Of a stretch of DNA of 64,000 nt, positions 54,756 through 63,759 are shown one piece after another. The DNA lies in IMG/VR virus record IMGVR_UViG_2861330777_000001. One strand, 5' to 3'. The notes below the pieces were generated by a model. The model saw only the letters and a program-made list of their open reading frames with translations. It had not been told where the DNA came from and searched no databases. Every line of letters starts with the position of its first letter. Position 1 is the stretch's first letter. This stretch comes from an uncultured virus (IMG/VR IMGVR_UViG_2861330777_000001). Taxonomy: Duplodnaviria > Heunggongvirae > Uroviricota > Caudoviricetes. A program made the translations under genes and the position numbers.

Positions 54756-55784
54756 TCACTTACCCCGGAGCGAGGTACGTAAATTCGCGTACAAACCGGT
54801 GCTTAACTTCGCAAGGGCCGCCGCTTCCCTCAACGATTCCACTCCGTATTTCACTAACGCCTCGTTGGCGTCCTTGACGGAAAAACCGCCGTCAGCTGTC
54901 TTCGCGCCTACATACGCCTGCCTAACGCGCACATACCCGCGCAGCTCTCGCTCAACTTCTTCCCGCAACTTTTCGCCAGCCTTATCGTTGTCCGTTGCGA
55001 TGATCAGTTCTTCGATCGGTGACCGGATAATCAAGTCGCGTTTCGTCCGATTAAATGCTACGCCACCAACCGCAACCGAAGCGAAGCCGGCCGTCAGCCA
55101 CGACAGCCCGTCAATCTCCGCCTCGCAAAGTACCGCCGTTTTGGCGCCCAGCTTCCGGACCACATCGAGTCCCCATACTAGTTCGCGGATTGGAGTGGCG
55201 CCGGATTCGTACCAAAACAACTTTCCCCAGATTTTCCGATATTTTACATTCGCTAGTTTACCAGAGGCCGTTCTCCACGGCAATATTGCGGCGGATTGTT
55301 TTTCGTGGTAATAAACGCCAGCCATCCGTTGCGCCTCGTCGGAAATCCCCCGCCCTCGCAGATATTCGCAAGGGCCGGCTTGGTATTGCGCCAACAAGTC
55401 TTCGTTCAGCGCTTGCCTATTGCGCTGATTCATTCGCAAATTGACGGGACCCAACGTAAGTTGCTCGTAAGGGCTGGCGTAAGTTATGCCGTAAGTGCCA
55501 AGCAGATATTCTTCCGCCTCTTCGTACGATTCGTTTCGCAGGAACGCCATTAATTTAACGAAGTTGCCGCTTCGCCATTCCTCGTCGTAGGCTCCAGAAT
55601 CTCCCCATACGCCCGCTCGTTCGCCGGACAAGTTGACGAAGAATGATGGCGTATGGTCGTAGCGAAACGGGCTGGCTGCGATTAGTTTGTCGCCGGTCCA
55701 GCGTGGGCGAGTCCATTCGAAGGCCCGCAGTTCTTCTTCTACGTCAATGTCCGCGTCTTGACCGCGAATTCTTACGCTTACCAA
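54756..55784 (-). CDS. DNA primase (TOPRIM)
   Basis: SPFRYDHTPSF, LCEAEIDGLS, TDNDKAG and KDANE motifs. Confidence 0.9.
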   Translation of the reverse strand: MVSVRIRGQDADIDVEEELRAFEWTRPRWTGDKLIAASPFRYDHTPSFFVNLSGERAGVWGDSGAYDEEWRSGNFVKLMAFLRNESYEEAEEYLLGTYGITYASPYEQLTLGPVNLRMNQRNRQALNEDLLAQYQAGPCEYLRGRGISDEAQRMAGVYYHEKQSAAILPWRTASGKLANVKYRKIWGKLFWYESGATPIRELVWGLDVVRKLGAKTAVLCEAEIDGLSWLTAGFASVAVGGVAFNRTKRDLIIRSPIEELIIATDNDKAGEKLREEVERELRGYVRVRQAYVGAKTADGGFSVKDANEALVKYGVESLREAAALAKLSTGLYANLRTSLRGK

Positions 55785-55897
55785 TAGTTATCGCCTCCTA
55801 TATTACAATTATATTACAATTCTGTAAAGATATAAGTTGTTAAATTATCGCAATATATGGAAATTTTATGACAGCCGCCAATTTGTCGCAAATAACT

Positions 55898-57238
55898 TCA
55901 AAATCCGAACTGTGCCGCCGCTGCCTCGCCCTTCGGAAATTCCGCCAGCACTCCGTAGTCGAACAGCGCAATCAGTTCCAACGTAAAATCCTCGCCACCG
56001 TTCCGCCCCTTCTCGATACCAAGCATCGCGATCCCGTCCTTTTCGAGACTATCGAAGCTGATTAAGTTCGTCGCAATATCGAGCAGCCGCTTCGATGTTT
56101 TTACCTGGTCGCGCGTCGGTAAGTTCAATTCGCGTACGCCATCTTCGCCAGTCTGTTTCTTTTCAACGGTCGCCTGCACCGTATAGAATCCGACTACATC
56201 GTTATCGCCGATTATCTGCTCGAAGCGAGTCGCGGCATACTCCGCCGATCCACCCGCTGTTTTGTTGACGTTCTTGCCGTAAACGTCAGATAGTCCGTAA
56301 AATGGATCGATAATTACTGCGTCGACTTGCCCCGTCAGCAGTTCTCGCTCCAAATCGTCCAGCGTTCTCGTTAGCTCTCCGCCACTTTTCCCTTGGAAAT
56401 AGAGTTTGCCGGGATAATACGAATCTAGCGTTTCAAGCACGGCAAGGAACTGCTCGCGAACAATATCCTCTAAGTTGCCGCTTAGTATCTGTTTGTTCGG
56501 TAGTCCTAATTTCCGGCCAAGCTCGTCGACCAACAATTCGTCGACTGCCGTTGCTGTCGAAATCAATCGCGATATCCACACGTATTCCTTGACCTCGAAG
56601 GATTTGACGAGCACGTTCGCACCTTGTCGCAATAATGAATCGGCGATCTTAACGTTAACATACGTTTTACCGCGACCCGACTCAGCCATGATTCCGTATA
56701 CGTCACCGCTAAACCAGCCGCCAATTTCCTTCGTCAGCGATTCGAACGGTGTTTGCCAGCATTTAAACGACTTCCCTTCTTCGCGCTTTAAATACTCCGA
56801 TTTGAACGAGGTCTTTATGTCCTCCAACGTTCGCCCTATTTCCGAACGTACGTTTGTATCCATTTTAATCTTTTCAGCTTCCGAAATCAAGCTTTCGAGG
56901 ATTTTATTTCCGTCGGCTTCCGAATCGAATTCCGCAGTGAATTTTCCTTGCACATACTCCGCCAACCGTTGCTTTGCGCTGTACGCTTTGATTTGCTTCG
57001 TAAGCAATTCGTATGAGTCTGAAATCATCGGTGTGTACTCGAACGCCGGACATTCGGCGGTGACAACGGCGTATGAAGGTGCTTGGCCTCGATTGGCTTC
57101 CGCATATGATTCGATGAAACGGAGGGTCTGCCTATCACCCTCCGTCGGTAGGTCTGCCGCTGTGATGCCGAAACGTGTTAGCGCCTGGACGTTGTTGTCA
57201 TCGATTATTTTACTGAGTAGTAAATTTCCGTAATGCAT
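55898..57238 (-). CDS. DnaB-like replicative helicase
   Basis: AESGRGKT, VIIDP and EKGRNG motifs. Confidence 0.92.
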   Translation of the reverse strand: MHYGNLLLSKIIDDNNVQALTRFGITAADLPTEGDRQTLRFIESYAEANRGQAPSYAVVTAECPAFEYTPMISDSYELLTKQIKAYSAKQRLAEYVQGKFTAEFDSEADGNKILESLISEAEKIKMDTNVRSEIGRTLEDIKTSFKSEYLKREEGKSFKCWQTPFESLTKEIGGWFSGDVYGIMAESGRGKTYVNVKIADSLLRQGANVLVKSFEVKEYVWISRLISTATAVDELLVDELGRKLGLPNKQILSGNLEDIVREQFLAVLETLDSYYPGKLYFQGKSGGELTRTLDDLERELLTGQVDAVIIDPFYGLSDVYGKNVNKTAGGSAEYAATRFEQIIGDNDVVGFYTVQATVEKKQTGEDGVRELNLPTRDQVKTSKRLLDIATNLISFDSLEKDGIAMLGIEKGRNGGEDFTLELIALFDYGVLAEFPKGEAAAAQFGF

Positions 57239-57550
57239 TCGCTTACCTCCTTATATATTGTACGTCAGCATTGCGAAATCCCACGGTTATTTTCGCCTGC
57301 CTTCATTATAAATGTTTTGGTAAGGGTGTCGATTTTGTCTCCGCTAGTGTTTTCGCGGGTTTGCGTGGGTCGGCGAAAATAAAACTGCATCATTTAGGAG
57401 TTAATACGGAGGCACCAACACCATGTAAACCACCGCAACCGCCCTGACCAAACTTTCCTCCTGCAGTATTCCGTAGTTGTTTCCCGAAGCTGTACCGTGT
57501 TATCGACGATTTCACAAACTAGATGATGCCGAGTTTATTCGTACTGCCTA

Positions 57551-57643
57551 TTAATCAAACCAATTAAAGTCATTTGTAATTACAATAACCCCGAATACAA
57601 TCACTAAGATAATGATGATAATAATTGTGAAGAATGTTCCCAC
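57551..57643 (-). CDS. 30-aa hydrophobic peptide MGTFFTIIIIIILVIVFGVIVITNDFNWFD
   Basis: Strong RBS AAAGGAGG before GTG. Confidence 0.65.
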   Translation of the reverse strand: MGTFFTIIIIIILVIVFGVIVITNDFNWFD

Positions 57644-57697
57644 ACTCACTCCTCCTTTTGTCTCAGTTTGTGTCTACCTCGACTAAACTAGATTAGT

Positions 57698-58213
57698 CTA
57701 TTCTTCCGCCGTCATCTCCGCCAACTTTGCCTCTACCCCGAACAACGCATCGCCATACGTCGCATCGCCCGTCTTCGCTAGCATTTCACGATTCCATTGC
57801 GCAATCTCCAGCAAATTATCGATCTCCTCCGCGCGCTCCTTTCTCGCCTGCTTACGTTGTTCCGCCTCTTGCGCCGATAATTCCCTTGCCGTTGGTTTAC
57901 GTTCACCTTTCGCCATTCCTTCCGCCTCCTCCAGTTTTATATTTACGAAAATACGGTCAAGTGGCTGAAAGTTTGGCGGATTTGCTGCGCGGTATTCCTC
58001 CGCCTTTTCCGCCTCGGCCACCAGCGTTAAATCTTCTTCGTCCGCTTCTAGCCAACTGCCGCCATCCACGCCAACCAGTTCGTATACTAATTCCGTCCAA
58101 GTCTCGTCGGGATAATAGTACGTTTCGCGGCGATAACATTCTACCTCGAACACCTGCGGCCAATATCCCGCCACTTTAACGAGATCGCCAAAGTTATATT
58201 CCGGCTTATTCAT
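57698..58213 (-). CDS. Hypothetical protein (SH3-like N-terminus, helical C-terminus)
   Basis: KPEYNFGDLVKV...EIDNLLE pattern. Confidence 0.75.
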   Translation of the reverse strand: MNKPEYNFGDLVKVAGYWPQVFEVECYRRETYYYPDETWTELVYELVGVDGGSWLEADEEDLTLVAEAEKAEEYRAANPPNFQPLDRIFVNIKLEEAEGMAKGERKPTARELSAQEAEQRKQARKERAEEIDNLLEIAQWNREMLAKTGDATYGDALFGVEAKLAEMTAEE

Positions 58214-58270
58214 TGGCTGTCACCGCGCAGGCTAAAGTAAATACGACAAGTGTTCCGAATGCTGTTGCGA

Positions 58271-58594
58271 TCATTGATCCGCCACCTTTCCGTCCCAGTC
58301 CTCGAACTCCTTAACGGAACTCGCTTCTCTTTCCGCTTTAATTCGTTCATAATCAAGTTTTTTCTCGTAGCCAATAACAGTAGCTTCGGCTAACTCCTTG
58401 TATGTTTTATATCTGCCTTGCATATCGGTCTTTACGTATATTTCGCGAAATTTCTTCCTTCCAAATAGCCCGATATACTCCTCGCTCAGGATGCACATTA
58501 GAATTCCGAAATCATTGTCAGTAGTTATAGTTACGTAATATTCGTTGCCTGCCGAAGAAGTCACCGGATATTTCGTTAAGTTAACTTCGCTCAC
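58271..58594 (-). CDS. Hypothetical protein
   Basis: GTG overlapping the loader stop codon. Confidence 0.7.
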   Translation of the reverse strand: MSEVNLTKYPVTSSAGNEYYVTITTDNDFGILMCILSEEYIGLFGRKKFREIYVKTDMQGRYKTYKELAEATVIGYEKKLDYERIKAEREASSVKEFEDWDGKVADQ

Positions 58595-59421
58595 TATCTC
58601 CGCCCCCTTTTCGATTCTCCCGCGAAACTCAGCACTGCGCACTGATCGCGCATCCTATCCGCAAGCCTCTTTTCGCCAAACACGTCGATTAAGTCGTACG
58701 GCATTAGTGTAGCGATCTTCGGTTTACCTTTCGGGTCTACGTATACAATAGGTAAGTTTGACGTATAGATCGTAGGCTTGGCGTTCGTTACGCGGTGATT
58801 AATAATCGCGTGCAAGTCCGCCCTAAATCCATCGCTGCAGTCACGAACACCAATATCGTCGAGAATCGCCATCGGCGCGTGTTTCGCGTGTTCCATCGCG
58901 GTGTAATACCGTTTCGCCGCCGGCTCTGCGATTGCGTCGGGCACCTTCGGCCGGTTGAAGTTGTTGTAATCCGTCTGCCAGTTATTTACGTCCAAAAAGT
59001 ACGCCGGCCTTTGCTCCGCCTGCCTATCGCGCTGCAAACTTCCGATGTAATGTACCTTCAGCCATTCGTTCAGAATTGCCGAGGCAGTCGTAGTTTTACC
59101 GGTGCCTGGCGATTCGCTGACGAGATAAAGCGACTTTATCCGCGCTGCCCCGTCCTCGAATTGCCGTTCGAAAGTGGCGACATAAGCATCAATCGCCCGA
59201 TATACTTCCGCCTGGTCCGCCCGTGCTGGCGAGTTTTTCAAGGTCACTAAGCGATAGTCCCGCGGAAGCCCTGCCGCGCCGACGCGCCCGCCTTCGCCGC
59301 TTCGGCCATGGCACGCAATATATGCGCCGCATTGATTCGTACACTGCGCCCCGCCGGCGAGTGTGCACTTTTCGGCGAGTAGGCAGCGTTTTTCATTTGT
59401 CTCGTTTGACATGCGATACAC
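58594..59421 (-). CDS. DnaC/DnaI-like helicase loader ATPase
   Basis: Cys-rich N-terminus, PGTGKTT, ILDDIG, TIYTSN and RLADR motifs. Confidence 0.9.
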   Translation of the reverse strand: MYRMSNETNEKRCLLAEKCTLAGGAQCTNQCGAYIACHGRSGEGGRVGAAGLPRDYRLVTLKNSPARADQAEVYRAIDAYVATFERQFEDGAARIKSLYLVSESPGTGKTTTASAILNEWLKVHYIGSLQRDRQAEQRPAYFLDVNNWQTDYNNFNRPKVPDAIAEPAAKRYYTAMEHAKHAPMAILDDIGVRDCSDGFRADLHAIINHRVTNAKPTIYTSNLPIVYVDPKGKPKIATLMPYDLIDVFGEKRLADRMRDQCAVLSFAGESKRGRR

Positions 59422-59430
59422 CTCCGTTAA

Positions 59431-60447
59431 TTATTCGCGCGAGTCGTCGATAATTTTTCCGATTTGACTTCGGTAAATGTAGTCAGTCGGTCTTTCCGCG
59501 TATTTAAAAGCGTCAGGATTTTCGCTACACTTCGCCGTTAGCGTAAATCGCTTTGTAGTTGCATAGTAAGATTCGTCTCTACGTCCGGCAACAACGTCAC
59601 CCACACGCACTTCCGTCGGCTGAGGCGTGTTCAAGTAATCCGCAGGCACTTCGAGGCCCAGCGCTCGACGGACCGCAATAGCTTTCCCAATGTGTACGTT
59701 GAAGCAGTCGGTCGGGCAGGCTTTGGCGATTCCTTTATCGAAAACCTTCCCACTACGCAGATACTTCATTAACGCAACAACTGTCCGTTTTTCTTTATTA
59801 ACGATTATCTCTAAATCATCGGCTGTAAATTGATTCGCGTGTATTATTTCCGCCACATCGCGCTTTGCCTTCGCCACAATTTCGTCGCGGATTTCCTGCG
59901 GTGTGCGGACGGCTAACTTACCGATTGCCTCTGCTTCCGTTCGCGTAATAACTGTTTCTCCCGCTTGCACCGCGGCTTTCGACTCAACCGGCTTTAGTGC
60001 CGCAATACTATCAATCGTATATGTCGTCAATTCTCCGACTGCACTTTCGATTTTGATACGTTGCGCCTCCGCTTTGTATTCGCCATGTAAGAAGGTTTGG
60101 TCGTGTGTTCCATTTCCATCGTATGAAACGTGCACTAGCGCAGGTATTTTCTTAAAGTTTAGCGAAAAGGTTCCGTCCTCATTTTCAGTAAATGCCAAAG
60201 TTTCGCAGTAGTCTTCTGTAATCTTCATTCCAACCGCCTCCGATTCCGTTCTATTTTCGATGATAACTTCGTACTCTGAATCGCTGATCCATAAAGCATT
60301 TCCCTCGGTCAAAACCACGTTACCCTCAATTTCTTTTACAGTTAGCACGTCGCCTTTTCTATAATAACCTCCCGCTAACCAAGCCTCCGTAATCAAAATA
60401 CGCTCCCCTACGTTCGCCTTACGCTTAACTGTCGTAAATTCTCTCAT
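59431..60447 (-). CDS. Hypothetical multidomain phage protein
   Basis: RKANVGERILI and GIAKACPTDCFNVHIGKAIA; start moved to ATG 60447. Confidence 0.75.
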   Translation of the reverse strand: MREFTTVKRKANVGERILITEAWLAGGYYRKGDVLTVKEIEGNVVLTEGNALWISDSEYEVIIENRTESEAVGMKITEDYCETLAFTENEDGTFSLNFKKIPALVHVSYDGNGTHDQTFLHGEYKAEAQRIKIESAVGELTTYTIDSIAALKPVESKAAVQAGETVITRTEAEAIGKLAVRTPQEIRDEIVAKAKRDVAEIIHANQFTADDLEIIVNKEKRTVVALMKYLRSGKVFDKGIAKACPTDCFNVHIGKAIAVRRALGLEVPADYLNTPQPTEVRVGDVVAGRRDESYYATTKRFTLTAKCSENPDAFKYAERPTDYIYRSQIGKIIDDSRE

Positions 60448-60469
60448 TCCGATTCCTCCTCGTAATTTA

Positions 60470-60886
60470 TTAGAACCATTCCGCCAATTTTTCCGTATCG
60501 ACTTCGGCAATCTCTGCCGCCCCAGAGCTTCGTTTCGCCCTCGCCACATCCGATTGAGCCTGCGAAAAGTAGCGATCCTGGTACGAAATCATAAACGCAA
60601 ATGTTGGGTACGGAAATTGCTCCGGCTTATTCGTCCGGTACTCCCGCCAGCAAATTTCGATAAACGCCCGCAGCACTGCGTTGCCATATGTGCCCTGCGC
60701 CTGTTTGAGCATCCCCTTTTCGCGAAGCCAGCGCTGGGACTTCGATCCGCCTCCGCCTGGTGCGTAAGGGACTCCGTAGATTTCCTGCGTACGGTCGATG
60801 ATAAATTGCGAAAAGGTGCTGACGTTCCAGTCGGTGATGTCGCGGGCACGCCAGTCGGTTGCAGGCGGTAATTTCGGTTTAGTCAT
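60470..60886 (-). CDS. Hypothetical replication-region protein
   Basis: ORF in the operon upstream of the loader. Confidence 0.7.
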   Translation of the reverse strand: MTKPKLPPATDWRARDITDWNVSTFSQFIIDRTQEIYGVPYAPGGGGSKSQRWLREKGMLKQAQGTYGNAVLRAFIEICWREYRTNKPEQFPYPTFAFMISYQDRYFSQAQSDVARAKRSSGAAEIAEVDTEKLAEWF

Positions 60887-61896
60887 CAGAACTCACCGCC
60901 CTTTCTGCGTCATCTCGGATACTGCCAAGTAAATCGTATATCGGAATATCGTCGTCCTCATTTTCGTAATATTCGTCAATACTTTCCGCGATAGATTTTA
61001 GCTCCGCATTTAAACGCTCAACTTCCGCCAATAATGTAGGTACATCTTCGTCCTCGTAAGGGCCTCCGACATTTTCTTCAGCCCGCGCACGTATTGCGTC
61101 TAGTTCCGCTTGCGTAATCACACGCCCACCTCCGCGTAAATATCGATAATCTTAGAATAAATCGGAATGCCTAGTAATTTCTTCGTGACGTGTTTTTCGC
61201 CAGTCTTTTCGTATGTTACGTCGCGAAATATCCTGTAAAAACAGTCGCTAATACAGACTTTCTTTCCTGTACGGTGATTCATCGCAAATACGCCACCTCC
61301 GAGCATTGTTTCCGTGCTGATAATCGTCATCTCATTTCCGTATTTGTAATGGTTTCCGCTAAACCCGCTACTATCTATCGCAACTATTCTGTCGCCGACC
61401 TCCGGTTGCTTGTCGAGGTAAATTCGCTTTTTAAACTTCGTCATTTTGCCTCGCCTCCAATTCGTCTAAATAATCGTTCACTGCCTGCGTAAGGTTAAAG
61501 TTTTCGTCCGGATTGTTCGTGATGGTAAATTCCCGCGTTTCGTCCGTCGTAAATAAGTCGAACGCGACTACTTTCCTAAATCCGGGATGTATCGTCGGTC
61601 GCACGTACCTCACTCTTCCGATATTTGCGCAACGTTTCATAATTGCGTTTAGTTCGCTAACCGTCGTTCCTTTGCGTGCCATTATTATCAACCTCCTTTA
61701 TTAAGCCGTACCTACGTAATTTTCCGAGTTCATATTCGTCAACCCTACGCTTACCTCCACATTTATTACAGCGAAGAATAAAATAATCCTCGATATCGAC
61801 GGAAGTCCCTGCGTTAAAATATCCCGCCTCATAGTCCGCTAAAAACCACGTATGCACACACTCGGTGGCTTCGGGTTTCTTTTTCCTGAACCACAC
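60879..61896 (-). CDS. Four small coupled hypothetical genes (60879-61121, 61118-61444, 61431-61691, 61657-61896)
   Basis: Overlapping start/stop arrangement and RBS-like sequences. Confidence 0.65.
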
Positions 61897-62000
61897 AATT
61901 ACCGCCCCTCTCGCGCCGTTTTAGCGCTTGTATTCCCTCCGTTACCTTTTATATCAGTTGCGTATTATAACGTCTGTATGGCGCTAATGCGCCGTTAAAA

Positions 62001-62408
62001 CTATGCGTTAATGCCTTCGATTTTGATTCCGTACAATTCAGCGAAATCTTTTACGCCGCTTATATATCCGCTTGAATAGCGTTCCTGCATTTGCTCCGCC
62101 CTGTCTAGCGTTTTTCCCTCGTAAAACCAAACTACGTTCTCGTGAACTCGGAAATTTTCGAGCATCTTTTCTTCCGGCGTTTTTTCCATGACGTATCCGT
62201 TTACGAGTGCGGAAAGGAGTTCGTTATTACGTTTCTCAGCGCATTCAAGCCGCCAGTCGTTAATTACGTTTAAATACTTGTTAAGTCCACTAGCGCCGAA
62301 ACCTTGTTTTACTCCGACATTTTGAGCAATATACATCGTTGATATTCCGATTTCTCGTAGTTCCTCGATTGCCTCCGCCACTTCTTTCGGTAAATTTACG
62401 AGTTTCAA
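62001..62408 (-). CDS. DUF1642-like protein, paralog 2
   Basis: LPKEVAEAIEELR...ALVNGY...GIKIEG. Confidence 0.75.
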   Translation of the reverse strand: MKLVNLPKEVAEAIEELREIGISTMYIAQNVGVKQGFGASGLNKYLNVINDWRLECAEKRNNELLSALVNGYVMEKTPEEKMLENFRVHENVVWFYEGKTLDRAEQMQERYSSGYISGVKDFAELYGIKIEGINA

Positions 62409-62773
62409 TATTCGCCAACTCCTTCGATTTTGATTCCGAGAAGGTCGAGTGTTCTAACAACAGCCGCGGATACTCCGTCCTCATATCCATCGCAATAGCT
62501 TCCGTCAGTAAACTTACATGCGGCGTACCTTTCATAATATTCCCGAACCTTTTCTTCGCCAGACTTTTCGACTTGGTATCCGTTAACTAGTGCGGTCAAA
62601 ATATCGTCCGGATAGCTGTGATAATAACTACGGACTGTTTCGAGGTCCTTATGTTCGAAAGCTTCTTCGAAGACAATTGCGATAATGATTCCGGAGTTGT
62701 TAAATCCGTCCTTGCGTAATTCTTCGACGGCTGTTGCGACGTCCTTTGGTAGCGTAATAGTTTCGTTGGTCAT
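62405..62773 (-). CDS. DUF1642-like protein, paralog 1
   Basis: LPKDVATAVEELR...ALVNGY...GIKIEG. Confidence 0.75.
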   Translation of the reverse strand: MTNETITLPKDVATAVEELRKDGFNNSGIIIAIVFEEAFEHKDLETVRSYYHSYPDDILTALVNGYQVEKSGEEKVREYYERYAACKFTDGSYCDGYEDGVSAAVVRTLDLLGIKIEGVGEY

Positions 62774-62775
62774 CG

Positions 62776-62952
62776 TTATTCCTCCTCGCACAGTATCATT
62801 AGTGCCTTGCGTAAATCAGATTTACGGACTTCAAACGTGTGACCTTCGTGATTGATTTCTATATAGCCCGCTTGCCAGCTTTCTTCCATACGGACCTTGT
62901 CTGATGAGTAATCCGTGTGTGCTGACGTCGGGATCTCGATTTTAATAACCAT
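62776..62952 (-). CDS. 58-aa hypothetical protein
   Basis: RBS TAAGGAGGT before ATG; absent from ORF track. Confidence 0.7.
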   Translation of the reverse strand: MVIKIEIPTSAHTDYSSDKVRMEESWQAGYIEINHEGHTFEVRKSDLRKALMILCEEE

Positions 62953-63180
62953 TTCGTATACCTCCTTATATTAAGTTCAAGAGATTGCGTCCTCACGTCC
63001 GCCAATTCTTTTATTACTTATCCGCTGGTCTTTAATGTAAAATCTTAGCGAAAATGGAATATATAGTTAGCAGTGCGATAGCGCTGCAATCTTTTAGTTT
63101 AGATAAATGAGTATAGTTAATTGAGTATAGTTTGTCTTCAAACTGTGAAGTACCCGGTATCGTAATTTGAACCCCCGCCT

Positions 63181-63516
63181 TCAAATATCGTCAAACGTAC
63201 TTGGCGGATCTACTAATTGGTAAATATTCGAAGTCTGACTCCCATCGGACCTATACCTTGTTTCAGCATCAATTACGCCAACCTCCTGTAATTTCTTCAA
63301 CGCACCTCGAACGGTATTCTCCGAGCAGTAGCATTTCTTCGCCAACGTCTTTATCGACGGGTAGGAATCTTTCGTAGTATTGTCCGCATACATACAAAGC
63401 ATCGTATATACGAGTTTCTGTATCGGCTTATCTAAAACAACCTCGTCATTTAAGACGGATTTTGTAACTTGTGCAAATTTCCGCTTTCTAAAATCTACTA
63501 CTAGCCGTTCTGTCAC
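63181..63516 (-). CDS. HTH replication-initiator N-terminal domain protein
   Basis: KLVYTMLCMYAD...SYPSIKTLA...SENTVRGALKKL...QTSNIY. Confidence 0.85.
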   Translation of the reverse strand: MTERLVVDFRKRKFAQVTKSVLNDEVVLDKPIQKLVYTMLCMYADNTTKDSYPSIKTLAKKCYCSENTVRGALKKLQEVGVIDAETRYRSDGSQTSNIYQLVDPPSTFDDI

Positions 63517-63665
63517 CGCCAAACCTCCTTTCAAGTAATTGAAGTCGCCCCTGCAAATATCGCCCTTAATGTATATGTCGCATCAGATAACGGCCTCGCG
63601 CACTTTTAGCGAAATTTATTCGACCTTACTTACTATGCCGCACGAGTTCGGAGTTTCGCGCACAC

Positions 63666-63694
63666 AAAAAAAGACGCCACCCGAAGGTAACGCC
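63666..63694 (-). terminator. Minus-strand intrinsic terminator upstream of the tandem promoter motifs
   Basis: GGCGTTACC-TTCG-GGTGGCGTC followed by T7. Confidence 0.75.
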
Positions 63695-63759
63695 AATTTA
63701 CGAAATATGTTAGAATAACGCTATGGAAATCTGCGCAGGTATATTAGGAGGAATTATCT

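Noticed and set aside
4081..55895. Spo0A-box-like TTTGTCGAG (about 4082-4090, minus strand) and TTTGTCGCA (about 55882-55890)
   Set aside because: Single mismatched short matches expected by chance
57300..57555. GGAGG followed by ATG-TAA minigene, and weak similarity of 57345-57370 to the 31350-31375 region
   Set aside because: Similarity is short and gapped; could be a decayed gene or chance
431..62590. Numerous + strand ORFs in the track opposite long minus-strand genes (e.g. 1313-1927, 26687-27340, 54751-55311, 56475-57233)
   Set aside because: Antisense shadows of well-supported genes, with no RBS or recognisable motifs
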